Shown here: positions 38,251-46,997 of the stretch, one piece after another
Layout of the letters: each line of letters opens with the position of its first letter
Numbering within the stretch: the first letter of the stretch is position 1
Source of the DNA: Rickettsiaceae bacterium
Lineage (GTDB): Bacteria; Pseudomonadota; Alphaproteobacteria; Rickettsiales; Rickettsiaceae
Assembly (NCBI GenBank): GCA_033761815.1
Contig: JANRMF010000070.1
Coordinates: 1,304-65,303, forward strand
Length of the DNA: 64,000 bases
Reading direction: 5' to 3'
The notes under the pieces: generated by a model
What the model saw: only the letters and a program-made list of their open reading frames with translations
Told to the model about the DNA's origin: nothing
The model's database searches: none
Made by a program: the position numbers and the translations under genes

Positions 38251-39200
38251 TAGATTAATGTTTTTGTTTTAATCATCTGCACAGTTTTCTGGCGCGCGCT
38301 CATCAGCAAGGAATATGTCTTAATAATGTTTTTCTTGTATCTAACGCCCTTTAGTAGCTCGCCATCCGTTACTCCAGTTGCCGCAAATACCACATCTCCT
38401 GATGCTAAGTCATTTAAATAATACTTCTTATCCAAATCAGTTATGTTCATTTTTAAAGTCTTAGCTTTTTCTTCCTCATTTCTAATTATGAGCCTTGCGC
38501 ACATCTGTCCGCCAAGCGTTTGAAGGGCTGCAGCAGAAAGAACTCCTTCAGGCGCACCTCCAATTCCAACATATAAATCTGCTCTACCCATATATGTTGT
38601 TTGTATTATAGCAGAAATATCCCCATCACTAATAAGTTTGACCCTGGCATTTTCTTCCCTAATTTTAGCGATCAACTCCTTGTGCCTTGGGCGATCAAGG
38701 ACAATTACAACCAATTGATCCAAATCTTTTTTTTGCGCCTTAGCTAGGGCGGTCAGATTCTCCTTTATACTTAAGTCCAAATCTATTATTTGCTCAGGAA
38801 AATTAAATCCAGTCGCGATTTTATGCATATAAGTATCTGGCGCTTCCAAAAAGCCACCTCTATCTGTTGCAGCTATAACAGACATAGCCCCAAAGCCGCC
38901 AGTCGCAAGAATTGTAGTACCCTCCAATGGGTCTACTGCTATATCAATCTTTGGACCAAGGCCGCTACCCAACTTTTCGCCAATAAAAAGCATAGGAGCT
39001 TCATCTCGCTCTCCTTCTCCAATGGCAATTTTACCATCAATATCCATCGAATTCAGCGCCTCCCTCATAGCTTTAACAGCAAGAAAGTCTGCCCCTTTTT
39101 CATCCGATTTTCCCATTAATTTATAAGACTCAATAGCAGCAAGATTGCAAGCTCTCATAAGCCCCTGAAGTAGATTATAATTTTCTATTTTAAATTCCAT
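38250..39200 (-). CDS. glpX: Fructose-1,6-bisphosphatase class II GlpX
   Basis: GEGERDEAPML and DPLEGT motifs. The conserved start MEFKIEN is at 39200, while the tracked ORF runs on to 39329. TAATG overlap with the recJ start. Confidence 0.85.
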   Translation of the reverse strand: MEFKIENYNLLQGLMRACNLAAIESYKLMGKSDEKGADFLAVKAMREALNSMDIDGKIAIGEGERDEAPMLFIGEKLGSGLGPKIDIAVDPLEGTTILATGGFGAMSVIAATDRGGFLEAPDTYMHKIATGFNFPEQIIDLDLSIKENLTALAKAQKKDLDQLVVIVLDRPRHKELIAKIREENARVKLISDGDISAIIQTTYMGRADLYVGIGGAPEGVLSAAALQTLGGQMCARLIIRNEEEKAKTLKMNITDLDKKYYLNDLASGDVVFAATGVTDGELLKGVRYKKNIIKTYSLLMSARQKTVQMIKTKTLI

Positions 39201-39264
39201 TGTAACTCTAAGTTTTTTTTTGATGAGATTATTGAGTATATAGTTTCCTAAATCAAGGATAATC

Positions 39265-40143
39265 TCAAATATATAACTCAATTGCGTTGGCAAATTCAGC
39301 AAAGACAGTCTTAAATTCTTTTTTTCCAAAAAATATGTACATACTATTTGCGCTTCCTTCTGCTACATGGGCAAAAATAGATTTATGGCTTTTTAGGTAG
39401 TAAACAAATTCAGTCATTTTTTCTATCTTTAATATCCCTACCGGAAGAGTCTGAGAAATCTTTAAATCTACTTTGTGGTGTGAATTTTTAAATAACTCTA
39501 AAATCTGCCTATTTTCACTAATAAGCTTTTCATTCTGAGCTCTAATTAGATTATGATTTCTTGCTGCGATAAGTCCGTAAACCTCAGCAATTACAGAGCA
39601 TGCCGGCCCCTTATGGCTAAGCGCGGATCTAATTTTATCCGCAGTAACCTCGTTCCTTATATGTGTCCAGCAAATATTTACCCCCTCAATCCCATATAAA
39701 ATTTCTATTGATGAGAATATGATTATATTTTGATGATGGATTTTGCTTATATCAAGCCCCCAGTAATCTATTATATATACATTCTTATGAGTCTTGGTTT
39801 GATTAATCACATCATATATGATCTCAAGATTATCTATTATATCTGGAAGTTTAATTTCCATCATTTCCTCAAGTGATGATATGAGGTCTATAAAGTCCGG
39901 TATATTAGTTCTTAAAAAAATTTGCCCGTTAGAGTTTTTGTAAAAATTTTCCTCTAATTGATGTCTAAGTAACGATAGACCTTCATAATCGCAAAAAAAA
40001 TCTTTTTTTCTCAGCATCGAGAGCGATTCAAAATCCGCAATTTTTTCTAGGTAATTCAGACTATGCCCTTCAGGGTAAGGCATTGCGAGGGCTATTTTTT
40101 GATAACTCAAAAACTGGTCGAAAGATATTTGTTTATACTTCAT
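39265..40143 (-). CDS. Short, degenerate class I/II aminotransferase-like protein
   Basis: NIIIFSSIEILYGIEGVNICWTH aligns by eye with the aminotransferase S-x-S-K-x-x-G-x-x-G-x-R-x-G block, but Ile replaces the PLP lysine. At 292 aa it is shorter than active enzymes. Confidence 0.4.
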   Translation of the reverse strand: MKYKQISFDQFLSYQKIALAMPYPEGHSLNYLEKIADFESLSMLRKKDFFCDYEGLSLLRHQLEENFYKNSNGQIFLRTNIPDFIDLISSLEEMMEIKLPDIIDNLEIIYDVINQTKTHKNVYIIDYWGLDISKIHHQNIIIFSSIEILYGIEGVNICWTHIRNEVTADKIRSALSHKGPACSVIAEVYGLIAARNHNLIRAQNEKLISENRQILELFKNSHHKVDLKISQTLPVGILKIEKMTEFVYYLKSHKSIFAHVAEGSANSMYIFFGKKEFKTVFAEFANAIELYI

Positions 40144-40263
40144 TTTCCCGATAAATCTTTATTTTCTTTGTAAAACAAAAATATTCTGGTCACAAGAAAT
40201 TACAAATTAATTTGATGAAGTTTTTTAGTTTATGTGTGAAGATAAAGCATATCTAATGAGATA

Positions 40264-40338
40264 TGGTGACCCCTACGGGAATCGAACCCGTGTTTTCACC
40301 GTGAAAGGGTAGTGTCCTAACCGCTAGACGAAGGGGCC
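40264..40338 (-). tRNA. tRNA-Glu (anticodon TTC)
   Basis: The reverse complement folds as GGCCCCT-TC-GTCT-AGCGGTTA-GGAC-A-CTACC-CTTTCAC-GGTGA-AAAC-ACGGG-TTCGATT-CCCGT-AGGGGTC-A-CCA. Confidence 0.9.
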
Positions 40339-40478
40339 ATAAAAGCATTTTTGAGTCAATATCTCGGATAAATCGGAATTTTAAACTTGCTTAAATGCAG
40401 GCAAAAGATACGTTTATATTTATCATGTCTTCATGTATATACTATCATTCTGGTTTTTTCAAGCTTTATTTTGATTTT

Positions 40479-41669
40479 TGTACAAGTTCATATCATTTGA
40501 GACTAATCATGCCGCTAAGATTTTAGTAGTATATTCCATAGGGGTTAGACCTTTCAAGTTGAAATGAGGTCTATATGTATTATATTTGTCTACAGCTTTC
40601 TGCAGTTCATGCCTAAAAGCCCCTATAGAATCAGCATTAATATCATTTCTTGCATAAAACTCTTCTCTAAATATCCTATTACCTCTTTCTACCCCACCGT
40701 TCCACTGAGGTCTCTTTGGTGGTAATACATATAATGATATGCCTAGATTTTGACATTCTTCTTCGAAGTGTTTCATAAATTCAGATCCCCCGTCTACTTG
40801 AATAGATTTCACGGGGAATAGTAGATCATTTATTACTTTGTGCAAGAATTTGGCAGCAGCATTAGATGTTGCATTAGAAACTACGTCTGCAACGATTATC
40901 TTTGTCACTGGGTCCCAAGCTCTAAATTCTCTCATGGTAATATTGTGTTTGGTAACGGTCATATGATCAATTTGTATCAGTTCACCTGGGCCAGATGCTT
41001 TCATTCCATACTCCCATTTCTTGGCATGAGATGTAAATTTTCTTCTTCTTTTTATAGGTAGTGAAGATATAGACCTCTTAACCTTACCCTTTGCAACAAG
41101 GTCTTTCAGTATTCTACCCACAGAACTTTCAGAGATTACGACGCCGTGATCCCTGGCTAGAATTACTGATAATTTGGCTTTACCGTAAATGGGACTTTCT
41201 AGTCTGAGTTTCAACACTAAATCTCTTATGCTTGAGGAAATGTTACTCGATCTAAATGTCCTTGGTTTTGTGCTTTTTCTTTTTAATCCAGATATGCCGT
41301 AAGTTTTTAAAGCTTTCCTTCGTCTATAACAAGTTGCTCTACTAATACCAGTAATGGCAGCTATTTCCTTATCTGGAACTTTTCTACTCTTTAGAATTTC
41401 CCAGTCTCCGAGAATCTTATGAGGTTTGTTATTTGCTGATCTAATTCTTCTTGTGTACATGCTATGCGCGCTAGTTTATAAATATTTTTATGCTAATGCC
41501 AATATTTGCATAGGAGCCTCTTTGATTTTGTTGTTGATAAACTCATCTTAGAGGCTTTTTTTATTTTATAAATTAGTAATGTGAATCTGATCTTCTGAAG
41601 CAGGCTTGAGGCGCGCTCAGCTCAGATTCACAAGCTTATTTTTGTCTCACATGTGTTTGAACTTGGACA
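40479..41669 (-). mobile_element. IS481-family-like insertion sequence, about 1.19 kb, apparently intact
   Basis: Imperfect terminal inverted repeats TGTACAAGTTCATATCATTTGAGAC (40479-) and TGTCCAAGTTCAAACACATGTGAGAC (reverse complement ending at 41669) around a single rve-type transposase ORF. I found no target duplication. Confidence 0.75.
40507..41460 (-). CDS. IS481-type DDE transposase (HTH plus rve integrase core)
   Basis: N-terminal HTH (IAAITGISRATCYRRRK). DDE triad context IQIDHM, QVDGGSEF, NGGVERGN. YNTYRPH tail. Confidence 0.85.
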   Translation of the reverse strand: MYTRRIRSANNKPHKILGDWEILKSRKVPDKEIAAITGISRATCYRRRKALKTYGISGLKRKSTKPRTFRSSNISSSIRDLVLKLRLESPIYGKAKLSVILARDHGVVISESSVGRILKDLVAKGKVKRSISSLPIKRRRKFTSHAKKWEYGMKASGPGELIQIDHMTVTKHNITMREFRAWDPVTKIIVADVVSNATSNAAAKFLHKVINDLLFPVKSIQVDGGSEFMKHFEEECQNLGISLYVLPPKRPQWNGGVERGNRIFREEFYARNDINADSIGAFRHELQKAVDKYNTYRPHFNLKGLTPMEYTTKILAA

Positions 41670-41681
41670 TTGGGGTCAGGA

Positions 41682-42107
41682 TTACTCATCCTTTATTACG
41701 ACAAACTCCGAAGGTTTCAAGGTTTCTGAATGTTCGCCATTGCTCATCTCTCTGATAATTTCAGTGATGGTTGGATTGTGACCTATTATGCAAATTACCT
41801 TGAAGTCATCTTCAATAGACCATAAAAATCTCTGTATCAATTGACTTGTTCCATTATATAATATTTCTTCTTGGCGAAAGAAACAGTCCGGGAATTCATC
41901 TAGCAAAAATTTCGCAGTTGTGTATGATCTTGGAGCATTAGAGGAAACTATCAAGTCAATATTATATTTAGAGCTTAGCTTTTTTGCAGCAGCCTTTGTC
42001 TCGATCTTGCCTTTCTCGCTCAAAGATCGATCGAAATCATCTATAAACTCTCCGCTAGCAGAGAAGTTTGGGGCATCTCCGTGGCGCATCAATATAAAGG
42101 TTCTCAT
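41682..42107 (-). CDS. sixA: Phosphohistidine phosphatase SixA-like (histidine phosphatase family)
   Basis: ILMRHGDA catalytic RHG motif and a GHNP motif, in 141 aa. Confidence 0.7.
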   Translation of the reverse strand: MRTFILMRHGDAPNFSASGEFIDDFDRSLSEKGKIETKAAAKKLSSKYNIDLIVSSNAPRSYTTAKFLLDEFPDCFFRQEEILYNGTSQLIQRFLWSIEDDFKVICIIGHNPTITEIIREMSNGEHSETLKPSEFVVIKDE

Positions 42108-42178
42108 CTATTACAACTTATTGTTTGCTCTAATTATCATTGTAGTATATTCTCTGTATAAATACCAGTAAATTATAA

Positions 42179-43162
42179 ATGAAACGTAAAAAAATTATTG
42201 TTCAGCTTAGTGAAAATCAAATGAGATTAGATAGATATGTTAAATCAATATATCCAAATTTAACTCAAGGCATGATTGAAAAGCTCATCAGGAACAAAGA
42301 TATTAAAGTCAATAATATTCGGCAAAAGGCGAATTATATGCTGAAGTCAAATGATGAAGTTGAGATATATATTCCATTTGAAGCCCAAAATGAGACACTG
42401 CAGGAGCAAGAATTTTCCCCCGGGTCAAAGGCTTTAGCCAGCAAGATCCTTAGTGAATATAAAATTTTTCAGGATGAGAATATATTGGCAATAAATAAAC
42501 CTTCTCAGCTAGCATCACAAGGCGGAACAAATCTTAGCATTTCAATTGACGAAGCAATTAATTATCTCAACAAGGATATAAGTCCTTCTATGGTTAATGA
42601 TGGATACAGAATATGTCACAGGCTTGATAAATCAACCTCTGGCGTATTTTTAATCGCGTGTAATAGAGGCGCTGCTCAAAAAATCACAGAATCATTTGCA
42701 GCAAAAACAATCTCAAAAAAATATATTGCTATTTTATCTGGAGTACCTAAGCAGGATAACGGAATTGTGAAAAATTACCTGACAAAAGATGTTAAAAATC
42801 AGATTCAGGTAATATCAAATGAAGGGGATTATGCAGAGACAGAATATGAAGTTCTTGCAAAAAATAATCACAGATCCTTGGTCTTATTTACTCCTAAAAC
42901 AGGTAGAATGCATCAGATCAGAGTCCATGCAAAATCTTTAGGATGCCCAATTTTAGGTGATAAAAAATATGGACATAGAAAATACTTAGAGCAAAAAACT
43001 CCATTCTCCAACCTATTTCTGCACGCTTTTTCACTATTCATCCCAGAAGATGTTTTTGCCAGAAAATATGGATTTCATGCAGAAATACCACAATATTTCC
43101 GTCAGCAAATAGCTCAAGAGTTTGGAGAAGAGATTTTAAAGATACTAGGAAATCTCAAGTAA
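42179..43162 (+). CDS. RluA-family 23S rRNA pseudouridine synthase (RluC/RluD type)
   Basis: N-terminal S4 domain, catalytic HRLDKSTSG, and GRMHQIRVH. Confidence 0.8.
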   Translation: MKRKKIIVQLSENQMRLDRYVKSIYPNLTQGMIEKLIRNKDIKVNNIRQKANYMLKSNDEVEIYIPFEAQNETLQEQEFSPGSKALASKILSEYKIFQDENILAINKPSQLASQGGTNLSISIDEAINYLNKDISPSMVNDGYRICHRLDKSTSGVFLIACNRGAAQKITESFAAKTISKKYIAILSGVPKQDNGIVKNYLTKDVKNQIQVISNEGDYAETEYEVLAKNNHRSLVLFTPKTGRMHQIRVHAKSLGCPILGDKKYGHRKYLEQKTPFSNLFLHAFSLFIPEDVFARKYGFHAEIPQYFRQQIAQEFGEEILKILGNLK

Positions 43163-43234
43163 CAAAAAACACAGCTAAAAAAGATGTTGTTTTTTAAGTC
43201 ATATTGAATAGATAATTGCCTATTATAAACCCGG

Positions 43235-43259
43235 AGAAAAAGGGCGAATTTTGCCCTTT
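43235..43259. terminator. Hairpin terminator between convergent genes, best suited to the HU gene
   Basis: AAAGGGC-gaatttt-GCCCTTT stem-loop. On the minus strand it is followed by a T run. Confidence 0.45.
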
Positions 43260-43270
43260 ATTCAGTAGGT

Positions 43271-43543
43271 CTAATTGCAAGCATCTTTTAATTTCTTTCC
43301 AGCTTTAAATGCAGGTTGCTTATATGCTGCAATGTGCATTTTTGCACCAGTTTTAGGATTCCGGCCTTCTCTAGCCTTTCTTTTTTGAACTGAGAAAGAT
43401 CCAAAACCAACTAAATTTACGCTATTGCCTTTTGCAAGAGCGTCTGTGAAACTTTGGATTACCAAGTTTAATGCTCTCTCGGCTTCAGCTTTTGAGCTAT
43501 TGTGAGTGGATGCTATGAAGCTTACGAATTCAGCTTTATTCAT
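43271..43543 (-). CDS. hup: HU-family DNA-binding protein
   Basis: MNKAEFVSFIA...GFGSFSVQKRKAREGRNPKTG...AFKAGKKLKD. Confidence 0.85.
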   Translation of the reverse strand: MNKAEFVSFIASTHNSSKAEAERALNLVIQSFTDALAKGNSVNLVGFGSFSVQKRKAREGRNPKTGAKMHIAAYKQPAFKAGKKLKDACN

Positions 43544-43881
43544 AAATATTACCCTATTGTTAAGATTTAGTACAAATTAGCCCTACTTAAACGCTTCATT
43601 TACGCTTATACTGAATTGAAAATTCTCGCTGCAGCCTAAAAGCATGACTTACGAACTTGATTATAACAGAGCGCTTAGGGTGCGCAATATCTCATTTAAA
43701 TAGAATATCTAATTGATCTAAGTTTTATCATCCAGCTGCGTCAATATTGTAACAATATAATTGTGTTTTTTACCCCAAGAGTTAAAAAATTCACTTAATC
43801 CCATGTCTTTTCCCCCTTTGAAAAAAATATTTTTCCTTGCGCAAAAAGTAGAAAAAAGTACTTGATTATAGAAAATGAATA

Positions 43882-44589
43882 GTGTACACTAATCAAATGA
43901 ACAAATTTTCAAGGGTTACTAATATGCAATCTCGAGGAGGAAGAAGAGATGGATCTGGAAGGCCAAAGGGAATAGGAAAATATTCCTGCCAAACAAAACC
44001 AATTAGAGTTCCGGTAGATATGATTGAGCAAATAGACATATTTATTAGAGAGGCGCAATTTACAAAACATATGCATAATCAAGATAGTTCTTTAGTAATA
44101 GAAGGTTCTTTTGCGAAACACAACTCCTTAAATGAGTCTCTCCCAGGCAAAGTCGAGACATATTCAATAGAATATGACCAATTTGAAATACCTCATTCTA
44201 CTTATGAGCTTCCTTTATATAATAGTCTCGTTTCCGCAGGCTTTCCATCTCCAGCTGATGATAACATAGAAAGAAGGTTAGACTTGAATCAATATTTAAT
44301 TCCAAAACCAACTTCTACTTTTTTTGTAAGAGTTAGCGGAGATTCTATGATAGGAGCTCATATATATGCGGGGGATATATTAATAGTAGATAAAAGCATA
44401 GAGGCAAGGCATAATAAAATTGTGATAGCAGCAGTCAATTCGGAACTAACGGTTAAAAGACTATATAAAAAAAATGGTACAATAAAACTAGTAGCTGAAA
44501 ATCCGAATTACCCAGATCTCACAATCGCAGCTGAGCAGGATTTGATAATTTGGGGCGTAGTCACAAGCGTGATACATCAATATGTGTGA
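43882..44589 (+). CDS. S24 self-cleaving peptidase, UmuD/LexA-like, with a roughly 115-aa novel N-terminal region
   Basis: LVSAGFPSPADD matches the UmuD LVQCGFPSPAADY cleavage region (Ala-Gly bond). Ser nucleophile in VSGDSM and Lys in TVKRL. The probable ATG is at 43897. The gene is followed by umuC. Confidence 0.75.
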   Translation: MYTNQMNKFSRVTNMQSRGGRRDGSGRPKGIGKYSCQTKPIRVPVDMIEQIDIFIREAQFTKHMHNQDSSLVIEGSFAKHNSLNESLPGKVETYSIEYDQFEIPHSTYELPLYNSLVSAGFPSPADDNIERRLDLNQYLIPKPTSTFFVRVSGDSMIGAHIYAGDILIVDKSIEARHNKIVIAAVNSELTVKRLYKKNGTIKLVAENPNYPDLTIAAEQDLIIWGVVTSVIHQYV

Positions 44590-44598
44590 GTATTATTT

Positions 44599-46857
44599 AT
44601 GTCATTAATCGCACTCATTGATTGTAATAATTTCTTTGTCTCTTGCGAAAGGGTCTTTAACCCATCCTTAAATCAGGTGCCAGTGGTTGTTCTTTCTAAT
44701 AATGATGGCTGCATCATATCACGCTCCGATGAGGCAAAGAAACTTGGGTTAAAATTTGATCCATATTTTAAAGTCAAAGATTTTTGTAAACAAAATGGAG
44801 TAAGAGTGTTTTCTGCAAATTTTCCTTTATATGGAGATATGTCCTTAAGAATAATGACTATTTTACAAGAATTTTCTTCTGAAATTGAGATTTATTCAAT
44901 AGATGAAGCATTTATAGATATCTCCCATATACCTTTTGATCAAGTTTTGGGTTATGTATCAAAAATTAGAGCAAGAATTCTAAAGGAAGTTGGGATACCG
45001 GTTTCTATAGGAGTAAGCACAACCAAATGTCTTGCAAAAGTTGCCCAGATTTTTGCCCGTAAAAGCAGCGAAGGTGTCCACTCATTGCTGGATTTACAAT
45101 CTCAATATAATGCTTTATCTGCTATTGATGTTTCAGAAATTTGGGGTATTGGGAAAAATTTGGCAAAAACACTGCACAAGCTCCATGTAAAAACAGCCCT
45201 AGAATTTCGAGATATGGACTCGGTGCTGGTTAGAAAATACCTCAAAATCACAGGACAAAAACTCCAATATGAATTAAAGGGAGTCCAGTGTTTTCAAATA
45301 GAAAATCTGAGGGATGCTAAAAAATCCATATCAGTTTCTCGTAGCTTCTCCTGCGATATTCATGAAAAAGAGGATTTGGAATATATAATTTCAGAGTTTG
45401 CGGCAAGAGCTGCTGTAAAACTAAGAGCCCAGAATAGCGTTACCAATGAAGTATGTGTTTACATTAGAACAAGCTATTATTCAAAAGGCGCCAAAAATTA
45501 TGAGATTCTAGAAGAGCCTGGAAGTGGAGCTCCAGGTAGCAAGGCAGAAGTAACGGAGGAGCCCAGAGGCTTAGAGAGTGCGGCGCTGCGTGGCATAATG
45601 CGCGCGGAATCGGGAAGTGAGGAGGTAGCAGCGAAGGAGCGCCAGAGTAGAGCAAAGTGGGGTGATGTATCAGAGGCGCGAGAAGTTGCAGATAGAGGAG
45701 GGTCTGCAGATGGACAAGAGCTTGTAGATGGAGTGGGAGGATTAGATGAACAAGAATCTCTGACATCCGGCTCCGGGGGCAAAAAGGGGTGTGGCGTCAG
45801 AGTATTGCTGGAGGGGCAGGGAGTCTCAGTAGAGAGAAGTCAGAGTGCGGCAGAGCCTGGAAGTGGAGCTCCAGGTAGCAAGGCAGAAGTAACGGAGGAG
45901 CCCAGAGGCTTAGAGAGTGCGGCGCTGCGTGGCATAATGCGCGCGGAATCGGGAAGTGAGGAGGTAGCAGCGGAGAGGGTGCGGGAGGGTGCGTCGGAGA
46001 GGGTGCCGGAGAGGGTTCGGGAGGTAGCACCGGAGAGGGCGCGTGAGAAAGTAAGGCTTCTCAACTCAAATACACCTTGTGGCCCGCAAAACTCAGAAAA
46101 TTATTCACCTCACTTAAGTTACCTTTGTGCACAATTAATTACACCAGAGAAAGTGCTATATTCTAATAAAACTGCCCAATTATCTTTATTTGATACTGCG
46201 GCAAATTATGAGGATGAGGAGCGCCCATTGCCCCACTTTAATAATAGACTTCTTTCGAAACTCCTTACCCCAGGCCAACTGCAACGAAATTGTGACTTGC
46301 ACAATCAGCATATAGTCAATCCAGTTGAGGATCCTATGGTAAAATTGAGTGATCCCTCATCATTGAAAAAGGAGTCCTTCACTTCAGAACTAGAATTTCA
46401 AAAAAAATCTCAGGATGATGATAAACAATTTCTTGGTCCGGTTCTCCGTCAGGATTATGCACCTGCGATGCTCAATTCTAAAGCGACAAAAACATATGTA
46501 GCAAGTGCGCTTGAGTATATTAACCCCCCTACCTCACTCACTTCCTCCATTATCAGCGCTGCAAAAAGGGCTTTAGGTAGGGTTTACAAGAGTGGGTATT
46601 CTTATAAAAAGGCTAGTATAGTATTATGCTCCCTCGAGAATAAAGATCAGAAGCAGTTAGAAATATCTGACAGAAAGTCTGTGGCTTCATGCGAGAGGGA
46701 TCAATTAATGGAATTAATTGATCGCGCAAATTCCAAATCTGGAAAAAATGTGATTTTTTTCTTATCTCAAGGAGTGAAGTATAAATGGGTGGGTAAAAGT
46801 GAATTTAGATCTCCCGAATATACTACAAAATGGGATCAAATTCCTATTGTGCATTAG
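44599..46857 (+). CDS. umuC: Y-family translesion DNA polymerase, UmuC-like, with a roughly 330-codon in-frame insertion in the little-finger region
   Basis: N-terminus [20 protein letters not shown]...[15 protein letters not shown] and C-terminus [15 protein letters not shown]...[15 protein letters not shown] are UmuC-like. At 752 aa it is much longer than the roughly 420 aa that is typical. Confidence 0.8.
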   Translation: MSLIALIDCNNFFVSCERVFNPSLNQVPVVVLSNNDGCIISRSDEAKKLGLKFDPYFKVKDFCKQNGVRVFSANFPLYGDMSLRIMTILQEFSSEIEIYSIDEAFIDISHIPFDQVLGYVSKIRARILKEVGIPVSIGVSTTKCLAKVAQIFARKSSEGVHSLLDLQSQYNALSAIDVSEIWGIGKNLAKTLHKLHVKTALEFRDMDSVLVRKYLKITGQKLQYELKGVQCFQIENLRDAKKSISVSRSFSCDIHEKEDLEYIISEFAARAAVKLRAQNSVTNEVCVYIRTSYYSKGAKNYEILEEPGSGAPGSKAEVTEEPRGLESAALRGIMRAESGSEEVAAKERQSRAKWGDVSEAREVADRGGSADGQELVDGVGGLDEQESLTSGSGGKKGCGVRVLLEGQGVSVERSQSAAEPGSGAPGSKAEVTEEPRGLESAALRGIMRAESGSEEVAAERVREGASERVPERVREVAPERAREKVRLLNSNTPCGPQNSENYSPHLSYLCAQLITPEKVLYSNKTAQLSLFDTAANYEDEERPLPHFNNRLLSKLLTPGQLQRNCDLHNQHIVNPVEDPMVKLSDPSSLKKESFTSELEFQKKSQDDDKQFLGPVLRQDYAPAMLNSKATKTYVASALEYINPPTSLTSSIISAAKRALGRVYKSGYSYKKASIVLCSLENKDQKQLEISDRKSVASCERDQLMELIDRANSKSGKNVIFFLSQGVKYKWVGKSEFRSPEYTTKWDQIPIVH
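45513..45633 (+). repeat. G+C-rich 121-bp direct repeat, copy 1
   Basis: Identical by eye to 45852-45972. Confidence 0.85.
45852..45972 (+). repeat. G+C-rich 121-bp direct repeat, copy 2
   Basis: Identical by eye to 45513-45633. The offset is 339 nt, or 113 codons. Confidence 0.85.
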
Positions 46858-46997
46858 GTTCTGATTCACTCCCCTAATAGGTAATTTAGTCGTTATTTTC
46901 GCGCCTCGAAACGCATGTATACCCTATACACCTTGCGTTTCTGCGGGCGAAAATGCCTATAAATTCCTCTATTACATAGAAGTATACACAGAACCTA
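46855..46997. mobile_element. MITE-like palindromic element, family A copy 2 (TA-flanked)
   Basis: Same TA-GGTTCTG...CAGAACC-TA termini and internal palindrome as 18805-18950. It exactly fills the umuC-rnc gap. Confidence 0.7.

Noticed and set aside
45464-46064. Four antisense ORFs (74-100 aa) overlapping the G+C-rich part of umuC.
   Set aside because: They exist only where the G+C- and purine-rich insert removes stop codons. Their products are Pro/Ser/Leu-rich mirror translations. The sense frame is continuous with conserved UmuC sequence on both sides.
45500-46500. The idea that the umuC insert is an intein or a group I/II intron.
   Set aside because: There is no Cys/Ser/Thr at an N-extein junction, no His-Asn C-terminal junction and no homing-endonuclease blocks. 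I could not see any intron-like conserved helices. The frame stays open, which suggests translated insert sequence. Only RT-PCR can fully exclude splicing.
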